A stretch of DNA of 7,418 nt. It comes from Octopus sinensis (taxonomy: Eukaryota). The translations under genes were made by a program, and so were the position numbers. The notes under the pieces are model-generated. The model was given only the letters and a program-made list of their open reading frames with translations, searched no databases and was not told the DNA's origin. This document shows, one piece after another, positions 1 through 7,208 of this stretch (positions are counted from its first letter, which is position 1; each line of letters begins with the position of its first letter). The stretch covers positions 1-7,418 of the forward strand of contig NW_021829716.1 of the NCBI RefSeq assembly GCF_006345805.1, written 5' to 3'.

Positions 1-172
1 TTTCGACGTGATTTGTTCTTCCCAGTGACGAATACGCAGGACGTTTCGAGTCAAGTTGAAAATGTTTCGATAGAGAATTCTTTAAACGAATCATTCCCTT
101 TTTTTTTTTTCGTTATTGTTGTTGCAAAAACCACACTGGTTCAACAAGCAGCGAGTACCGTACCATGTTTGT

Positions 173-560
173 GGGAAGCACTCCGTCGGTTACGACGATG
201 AGGGTTCCGGTTGATCCGATCAACGGAACAGCCTGCTCGTGAAATTAACGTGTAAGAAGTGGCTGAGCACTCCACAGACACGTGCACCCTTAACGTAGTT
301 CTCGGGGATATTCAGCGTGACACAGAGAGTGACAAGGCCGGCCCCTTGAAATACAGGTACAACAGAAACGGGAAGTAAGAGTGAGAGAAAGTTGCGGTGA
401 AAGAGTACAGCAGGGATCACCACCATCCCTGCCGGAGCCTCGTGGAGCTTTAGATGTTTTCGCTCAATAAACACTCACAACGCCCGGTCTGGGAATCGAA
501 ACCGCGATCCTACGACCGCGAGTCCGCTGCCCTAACCACTGGGCCATTGCGCCTCCACAA
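173..560 (-). mobile_element. tRNA-derived SINE, family 'A' (my label), full-length copy 1 with an 11-bp target-site duplication
   Basis: The minus strand begins GTGGAGGCGCAATGGCCCAGTGGTTAGGGC...GGTTTCGATTCCC, a tRNA-like head with A box TGGCCCAGTGG and B box GTTTCGATTCC. The direct repeat ACCATGTTTGT flanks it at 162-172 and 561-571. It is about 96% identical by eye to the copy at 3672-4057 in the opposite orientation. Confidence 0.93.
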
Positions 561-1096
561 ACCATGTTTGTATACACACTAGAGATATTATAGAACCCGG
601 TATTTTAATCTAAGGTTGTCTCAAGTGAGCATATTTATAGAATAGTCTACCAAAGTACATTAGTTTATTAGTTCTAATAGACTTTTAATATACTATGGTA
701 CACATAAAAACTGATACCGCCTCACTAACCGGTAAAATAATAGACACCCTACCCTTAATAATATTATGAAACCAAATATTCCATGAATCATTTGTAATTC
801 CAGCACCAACACAATACCGACATTAAGGCGCGGTGGTTTTGGTTCCCAAGTGCCAAGAGAGTATTGTGTATTCATGTTCTTGTAATTCCAAATATCCGAC
901 AATATACACCCGTTTGTATTCTGATAGCTCGTTCTAATTTTAGATCGTTCAGAAAGTGCCAATGTAAGATATATTTCACAAAATCAGCAGATTTTTATAT
1001 TCCTTTGCTTCTCAAAAAAAAAATCCCCAGACACCACTGAAATCCCGTGGCAGCGGAATTATATTGTATTTAGTCAGTTGTGTATCATATATATCA

Positions 1097-1141
1097 TTCA
1101 ATTATTCGATCACTCAATCATTCAATCACTCAATCACTCAT
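1097..1141. repeat. short degenerate (TCAA/TCAC/TCAT)n simple repeat
   Basis: Sequence reads ttcaattattcgatcactcaatcattcaatcactcaatcactca. Confidence 0.5.
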
Positions 1142-1240
1142 GAAAGACGAACCTAAAAACAATGTACTTATATGCATACATCCTTACACGTGTATGCATA
1201 TATTGATATTTGTTTTTTATTTTCAGTTATAATAAAAATA

Positions 1241-1794
1241 TTGGGTTGTCCGGAAAGTTCGTGCCGATTTTTAAAGGAAAGAAAAGGGTGAATAAATACT
1301 TGTCATTACACCTTTAATCAACCAAATATGAACCATTTTGTTGCACGTTGCGTCTCCATCTTTCCTTTAACTTGAAAATACCCTCTTCCCAGAATTGAGG
1401 TGGTTTCATGGCAAAGAATTCATCAAGGTATCTTTTTACGTCATCCAAGAAACTGAAATTTTTACCATTAAGACTATTCTGCAGAGACCTGAATAAATGG
1501 AAATCCGAAGGAACAATATCTAGAGAATATGGAGGGTGGGGTAACACATCCCAGCCGAGCTGCAGCAATTTTTGTCTGGTTCCTAAAGTATCAAGTGCCG
1601 AAAATGAACTTTCTTATCTTATATTTTAAAGGGTTACAGAATTAACACAGGTTATAGGAACATTAACCTTCTTCCACGAAACTGTGCACTAAATGGAGGT
1701 GAAGTCAAATCCTATTTTACGGACTCAACCATGTTCTTAAATAAGTCGAAAGGTGAGCTACTATAAATCGGCATGAACTTTCCGGACAACCCAA
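1241..1794 (-). mobile_element. Tc1/mariner (mariner-type) DNA transposon, non-autonomous internal-deletion derivative, 554 bp
   Basis: The TIR TTGGGTTGTCCGGAAAGTTCGTGCCGATTT (1241-1270) matches the reverse complement of 1765-1794 at 29/30 positions. TA dinucleotides flank it at 1239-1240 and 1795-1796. It contains mariner transposase remnants and is much shorter than a typical ~1.3-kb mariner. Confidence 0.96.
1314..1624 (-). pseudogene. mariner transposase pseudogene (N-terminal ~13 codons joined to the C-terminal ~90 codons)
   Basis: The C-terminal part reads LGTRQKLLQLGWDVLPHPPYSLDIVPSDFHLFRSLQNSLNGKNF...GIFKLKERWRRNVQQNGSYLVD*, containing a variant of the mariner YSPDLAPSD motif, with the stop at 1314-1316. 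The N-terminal remnant from 1624 reads ATA TAA GAT AAG AAA GTT CAT TTT CGG CAC TTG (I*DKKVHFRHL), resembling an ME..K.HFRH mariner start. The deletion junction lies near 1585-1588. Confidence 0.93.
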
Positions 1795-1903
1795 TACTTT
1801 TGTATTAATCGCATGAGTTTCTCTACATTCACCTGTCCATCTCAAACCCACCCTAAAACCTAATTAACACTCCACTCAAAGCCACACACAGATTATTGAA
1901 TAT

Positions 1904-1904
<1 letters not shown>

Positions 1905-1948
<44 letters not shown>

Positions 1949-1967
1949 TAGACAGACAGATAGATAA

Positions 1968-2041
<74 letters not shown>

Positions 2042-2111
2042 GACAGACAGAAGACAGACAGACAGACATACAGATAGACAGACATACTGACAGACAGACA
2101 GACAGACAGAC

Positions 2112-2183
<72 letters not shown>
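1905..2183. repeat. compound (GACA)n/(GATA)n microsatellite
   Basis: About 280 bp of alternating GACA and GATA blocks. It explains the spurious YLSI/CLSV ORFs. Confidence 0.98.
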
Positions 2184-2218
2184 TCGTACTAAATCCATCT
2201 TCCGTTTCCCTCATCAAT

Positions 2219-2297
2219 TATATATACAAATATATATATATGTATGTACGCATATATATATAAAAGTAAATGTATGTATGTGTCTATGTCTGTGTGT
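2219..2297. repeat. degenerate (TA)n/(TATG)n/(TG)n simple repeat
   Basis: Sequence reads tatatatacaaatatatatatatgtatgtacgcatatatata...tgtatgtatgtgtctatgtctgtgtg. Confidence 0.8.
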
Positions 2298-2545
2298 CGT
2301 AGGCAGCACATCACACCTTTCAGAAAGCAATCTGATTGATTGCTAAAGATTAACTCACTGACATTCTCCGCCTCCTCCGTTCCTCTCGACTTATAAATTA
2401 TATACCATCTCTGTCAGGGCCGTTCCTCCCGTAATTTCTGAAGTGATTCACCCCTCTTCAGTCCACCAGACACTCCTTTCGACCTATTTCATCTGCAAAT
2501 TGTACTCCGCCGCCATTCCGCATTCCTACAAACAACGCGCGAACG

Positions 2546-2614
2546 CACACCACATACACACACACGTACATGCATACATACATACATACATATGTATGTA
2601 TGTACGTATGTATA
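2546..2614. repeat. (CA)n/(CATA)n followed by (TATG)n, a self-complementary microsatellite
   Basis: A CATA run switches to its reverse complement TATG at 2591/2592. Confidence 0.85.
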
Positions 2615-2716
2615 TTATAGATTTCAACCTCTAATAGATGTTAATATATGTTAACATTGTGCATCAGCAGCATCGATTTGTCCAGTCTGGCTTGGACATA
2701 CGAACGTGATGACCGC

Positions 2717-2782
2717 TCTTCCCCCACCCTCTCCACATCATTCTCTGCTCCCCCTCCTCCTCCTCCTCTTCATCCTCTACCT
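2717..2782. repeat. pyrimidine-rich tract with (CCT)n
   Basis: Sequence includes cccccaccctctcc...ccccctcctcctcctcctcttcatcctc. Confidence 0.65.
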
Positions 2783-2843
2783 AAATGTGTATACATTGTA
2801 GACATATACATAGCACACATTTGAGTGTTTATATAAATATATT

Positions 2844-2867
2844 TGTGTGTGTGTGTGTGTGTGTGTG
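2844..2867. repeat. (TG)12 microsatellite
   Basis: Perfect TG run. Confidence 0.95.
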
Positions 2868-2885
2868 GAGGGGTGAGTGCGTGCG

Positions 2886-3030
2886 TTTCAGTTTCCGTCT
2901 ACCAAATCCACTCACAAGGCTTTGATCGGCCCGAGGCTATAGCAGAAGACACCAGTCCAAGGTCCCACGTAGTGAGACTGAACCTGGAACCGTGTGGTTG
3001 GTAAGCAAACTACTTACCACACAGCCACTC
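2886..3030 (-). mobile_element. SINE family 'B' (my label), 5' head fragment at the left edge of the tandem array
   Basis: Homologous to 4673-4816 with about 13 differences. The minus strand has the A-box-like TGGCTGTGTGG, the B-box-like GGTTCAGTCTC and a following ACCTTGG.. segment. The 3' half of the element is absent. Confidence 0.88.
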
Positions 3031-3671
3031 AAAGGCAAACGATGCATTTATTAGCACCATCTTGAAATGGCGTTAGAATACATCGCTCTATTCACTCGAG
3101 AAAATTAGTGCTATTAGAGAAGCTCTATAAATTTTTAAATACAAAAAACTGAAGCTGTATGAAGAGAGAAGACGTCTTCGCCAAAATTCATTAATACAGT
3201 TGCAGACACCAAATTTTATCATTTGGAAAAGAAAAATTTCCACAAGGAAGTTTAAAGCCAGGCGTAATTAAACTTATGAAAACAGTAAAATTTAATAATT
3301 ACACTAACAATTTCCAAAACGCCTTAAATAAACATTTCCTATCCGTCAAAAACCTAAGCAATTAGTACGTACGAGCTAATAACACTGAAAAGTTACGACT
3401 AAACTAGGTGATAAAAACACACATACAAATCACAAACAAATGTAACGAAACAAGATCAAAATTTCAGAACATAAAAAACGATAGAGCAATATTTAAGCAG
3501 CACAAGTGATGCAGAAGACAGTTGGAACATCTCATTTCACATAAACCTTACATGACACTAAAAGAACATAAGCTTAATGTAACACCCAAACTAATGTGCA
3601 AGTTTATAATCTCTATAAAAAAAACGAACTAGATATGGTATAGTTAAAAAGACTATATTAGATTCCATAAA

Positions 3672-4057
3672 GTGGAGGCGCAATGGCCCAGTGGTTAGGG
3701 CGGCGGACTCGCGGTCGTAGGATCGCTGTTTCGATTCCCAGACCGGGCGTTGTGAGTGTTTATTGAGCGAAAACACCTAAAAGCTCCACGAGGCTCCGGC
3801 AGGGGATGGTGGTGATCCCTGCTGTACTCTTTCAACCACAACTTTCTCTCACTCTTACTCCTGTTTCTGTTGTACCTGTATTTCAAAGGCCGGCCTTGTC
3901 ACTCTCTGTGTCACGCTGAATATCCCCGAGAACTACGTTAAGGATACACGTGTCTGTGGAGTGCTCAGCCACTTACACGTTAATTTCACGAGCAGGCTGT
4001 TCCGTTGATCGGATCAACCGGAACCCTCGTCGTCGTAACCGACGGAGTGCTTCCACC
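3672..4057 (+). mobile_element. tRNA-derived SINE family 'A', full-length copy 2 with a 15-bp target-site duplication
   Basis: The head has A and B boxes (TGGCCCAGTGG, GTTTCGATTCC). The perfect direct repeat ATTAGATTCCATAAA lies at 3657-3671 and 4058-4072. Single-copy empty sites occur at 5443-5457 and 6833-6847. Confidence 0.96.
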
Positions 4058-4119
4058 ATTAGATTCCATAAAAGATCAAATTTAACAACAGCAAACTTAT
4101 GACATTGGATTATGAGACT

Positions 4120-4384
4120 GACGCGCTGCCTGGCTTTGTAGTTAGGGTGTCAGCACCATGATCGTAAGATTGTGGTTTCGATTCCTGGACCGGGCGACGC
4201 GTTGTGTTCTTGAGCAAACACTTCATTTCACGTTGCTCCAGTCCACTAAGCTGGTAAAAATGAGTGAGGCTGCGATGGACAGGCTTCCCGTCCAGCTAGG
4301 GAACACATACGCCATAGAAACCGGGAAACCGGGCCCATGAGCTTGGCTAGGCTTTAAAAGGGCGCATTTATTTTTTTATTTTAT
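4120..4384 (+). mobile_element. tRNA-derived SINE family 'C' (my label), copy in unit 1
   Basis: Has a degenerate A box (TGGCTTTGTAGTT), the B box GGTTTCGATTCC, a GC-richer body and an ATTT-rich tail. A possible decayed TSD is AAACTTATGACATTG (4093-4107) versus AAACTTATTACAATG (4385-4399), 13/15. Ends are approximate. Confidence 0.8.
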
Positions 4385-4415
4385 AAACTTATTACAATGA
4401 AACAGTAATTTCGTT

Positions 4416-4816
4416 TTTTACTCTTTTATTTGTTTTAGTCATTTGACTGTGGCCATGCTGGAGTACCGCCTTTAGTCGAGCAAATCGACCCCAGAACTTA
4501 TTCTTTGTAAGCCTAGTACTTATTCTATCGGTCTCTTTTGCCGAATCGCTAGGTTACGGGGACGTAAACACACCAGCATCGGTTGTCAAGCAATGCTAGG
4601 GGCACAAACACAGACACACAACCCCCCCACACACACATATATATATATATATACATATATACGGCGGGCTTCTTTCAGTTTCCGTCTACCAAATCCAGTC
4701 ACAAGGCTTTGGTCGGCCCGAGGCTATAGCAGAAGACACTTGCCCATGGTGCCACGCAGTGAGACTGAACCAGGAACCATGTGGTTGGGAAGCAAGCTAC
4801 TTACCACACAGCCACT
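4416..4816 (-). mobile_element. SINE family 'B', near full-length junction copy with an internal (CA)/(TA) microsatellite
   Basis: The minus strand reads AGTGGCTGTGTGGTAAG...GGTTCAGTCTC (A/B boxes) then GGCACCATGGGCAAGTG, reminiscent of the CORE-SINE domain start. The internal microsatellite lies at about 4605-4662 and the 3' tail is (AAAAGAGT)n-like. It resembles an abundant octopus SINE, recalled rather than searched. Confidence 0.9.
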
Positions 4817-5504
4817 AAAGGCAAACGATGCATTTATTAACACCATCTTGAAATGGCGTTAGAATACATCGCTCTATTCACTCGAGAAAATTAGTGCTCT
4901 TAGAGAAGCTCTATAAATGTTTAAATACAGAAAACTGAAGTTGTATAAAGAGAGAAGACGTCTTCGCCAAAATTATCATTAATACAGTTGCAGACAACAA
5001 ATTTATCATTTGGAAAAGAAAAATTTCCACAAGGAAGTTTAAAGCCAGGCGTAATTAAACTTATGAAAACAGTAAAATTTAATAATTACACTAACAATTT
5101 CCAAAACGCCTTAAATAAACATTTCCTATCCGTCAAAAACCTAAGCAATTAGTACGTACGAGCTAATAACACTAAAAAGTTACGACTAAACTAGGTGATA
5201 AAAACACACATACAAATCACAAACAAATGTAACGAAACAAGATCAAAATTTCAGAACATAAAAACGATAGAGCATATTTAAGCAGCACAAGTGATGATGA
5301 GAAGACAGTTGGAACATCTCATTTCACATAAACCTTACATGACACTAAAAGAACATAAGTCTAATGTAACACCCAAACTAATGTGCAAGTTTATAATCTC
5401 TATAAAAAAACGAACTAGATATGGTATAGTTAAAAAGACTATATTAGATTCCATAAATGATCAAATTTAACAACAGCAAACTTATGTCATTGGATTATGA
5501 GACT

Positions 5505-5771
5505 GACGCGCTGCCTGGCTTCGTAGTTAGGGTGTCAGCACCATGATCGTAAGATTGTGGTTTCGATTCCTGGACCGAGCGACGCGTTGTGTTCTTGAGC
5601 AAAACACTTCATTTCACGTTGCTCCCGTCCACTAAGCTGGCAAAAATGAGTAACGCTGAGAATGGACTGGCGTCCCGCCCAGCTGGGGAACACATACGCC
5701 ATAGAAACCGGGAAACCGGGCCCATGAGCTTGGCTAGGCTTTAAAAGGGCGCATTTATTTTTTTATTTTAT
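5505..5771 (+). mobile_element. SINE family 'C', copy in unit 2
   Basis: Paralogue of 4120-4384 with the B box GGTTTCGATTCC. Confidence 0.8.
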
Positions 5772-5802
5772 AAACTTATTACAATGAAACAGTAATTTCG
5801 TT

Positions 5803-6210
5803 TTTTACTCTTTTATTTGTTTTAGTCATTTGACTGTGGCCATGCTGGAGTACCCCCGCCTTTAGTCGAGCAAATCGACCCCAGAACTTATTCTTTGTAA
5901 GCCTAGTACTTATTCTATCGGTCTCTTTTGCCGAATCGCTAGGTTACGGGGAACTAACAACACCAGCATCGGTTGTCAAGCAATGCTAGGAGGCACAAAC
6001 ACAGACACACAACCCCCCCCCCACACACACACATATATATATATATACATATATACCGACGGGCTTCTTTCAGTTTCCGTCTACCAAACCAGTCACAAGG
6101 CTTTGGTCGGGCCCAAGGCTTAGCAGAAGACACGTTGCCCTGGTGCCACGCAGTGAGACTGAACCAGGAACCATGTGGTTGGAAGCAAGCTACTTACCAC
6201 ACAGCGCACT
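5803..6210 (-). mobile_element. SINE family 'B', second junction copy
   Basis: Duplicate of 4416-4816, sharing the variants GAGTACC, CCAGAAC and GAATCGCTAGG, with many 1-2 bp indels. Confidence 0.9.
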
Positions 6211-7196
6211 AAAGGCAAACGATGCATTTATTAACACATCTTGAAATGGCGTTAGAATACTCGCTCTATTCACTCGAGAAAATTAGTGCTCTTAGAGAAG
6301 CTCTATAAATGTTTAAATACAGAAAACTGAAGTTGTATAAAGAGAGAAGACGTCTTCGCCAAAATTATCATTAATACAGTTGCAGACAACAAATTTATCA
6401 TTTGGAAAAGAAAAATTTCCACAAGGAAGTTTAAAGCCAGGCGTAATTAAACTTATGAAAACATTAAATTTAATATTACACTAACAATTTCCAAAACGCC
6501 TTAAATACACATTTCCTATCCGTCAAAAACTAAGCAATTAGTACGTACGAGCTAATAACACTAAAAAGTTACGACTAAACTAGGTGATAAAAACACACAT
6601 ACAAATCACAAACAAATGTAACGAAACAAGATCAAAATTTCAGAACATAAAAAACGATAGAGCAAAATTTAAGCAGCACAAGTGATGCAGAAGACAGTTG
6701 GAACATCTCATTTCACATAAACCTTACATGACACTAAAAGAACATAAGCTTAATGTAACACCCAAACCAATGTGCAAGTTTATAATCTCTATAAAAAAAA
6801 CGAACTAGATATGGTATAGTTAAAAAGACTATATTAGATTCCATAAATGATCAAATTTAACAACAGCAAACTTATGTCATTGGATTATGAGACTGACGCG
6901 CTGCCTGGCTTCGTAGTTAGGGTGTCAGCACCATGATCGTAAGATTGTGGTTTCGAATTCCTGGACCGAGCGACGCGTTGTTTTCTTGAGGCAAAACACT
7001 TCATTCACGCGTTGCTCCCGTCCACTAAGCTGGCAAAATGAGTAACGCTGAGAATGGACTGGCGTCCCGCCCAGCTGGGGAACACATACGCCATAGAAAC
7101 CGGAAACCGGGCCCATGAGCTGGCTAGGCTTTAAAAGGGCGCATTTATTTTTTTATTTTATAAACTTATTACAATGAAACAGTAATTTCGTTTTTT
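6211..7196 (+). repeat. tandem array unit 3 (up to the point where it diverges from units 1 and 2)
   Basis: Colinear with unit 2 up to CAGTAATTTCGTTTTTT. It is followed by TAACCATATTCC, absent from units 1 and 2, and a different SINE-B copy. Confidence 0.93.
6895..7161 (+). mobile_element. SINE family 'C', copy in unit 3
   Basis: Paralogue of 5505-5771, sharing the unit-2 variants such as GAGTAACGCTGAGAATGG. Confidence 0.8.
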
Positions 7197-7208
7197 TAAC
7201 CATATTCC

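Larger units (their letters stand above)
3031..4816 (+). repeat. tandem array unit 1 (~1.39-kb unit plus a 401-bp SINE-A insertion and TSD)
   Basis: Starts AAAGGCAAACGATGCATTTATT, as do 4817 and 6211. Order is an A-rich unique segment, SINE-A, SINE-C, SINE-B. Confidence 0.95.
4817..6210 (+). repeat. tandem array unit 2 (1394 bp)
   Basis: Colinear with unit 1 minus SINE-A, and nearly identical to unit 3 apart from small indels. Confidence 0.95.

Noticed and set aside
13-201. 62-aa ORF, and likewise 2443-2634
   Set aside because: Both have non-ATG starts, run through poly-T, microsatellite or SINE-tail sequence, and show no protein-like features.
220-474. ORFs inside or overlapping SINEs (also 3591-3776, 3695-3886, 4158-4340, 4593-4862, 5973-6212, 6925-7116)
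   Set aside because: They lie in non-coding SINE sequence and their frames are not preserved between paralogous copies.
792-904. Direct repeat TTGTAATTCCA (792-802, 880-890), each followed by CCGACA
   Set aside because: Only two short copies in AT-rich DNA with no element between them, so it is plausibly chance.
693-962. 89-aa minus-strand ORF with a hydrophobic C-terminal half
   Set aside because: It has a non-ATG start and no recognisable motif, and this length is expected by chance. A small exon cannot be excluded without RNA data.
931-969. Possible 20-nt plus-strand micro-exon (TTCTAATTTTAG|...AAT|GTAAGA)
   Set aside because: Splice-like motifs are common in AT-rich DNA, the length is not a multiple of 3, and there is no supporting gene context.
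1408-1629. 73-aa plus-strand ORF
   Set aside because: It is the antisense shadow of the mariner transposase remnant.
1876-2217. ORFs of 113 and 101 aa (YLSI/CLSV repeats)
   Set aside because: They are translations of the GATA/GACA microsatellite.
3672-3750. Possible tRNA gene (also 480-558 on the minus strand)
   Set aside because: A and B boxes are present, but the T and acceptor stems do not pair properly and the sequence continues into a SINE body bounded by TSDs. It is a SINE head.
3031-7196. CRISPR-like or retrozyme (hammerhead) array
   Set aside because: Units are about 1.39 kb with no short repeat and unique spacer pattern, and I found no CTGA(N)GA...GAAA hammerhead core with compatible stems by eye. 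A covariance-model search would be needed to exclude ribozymes formally.
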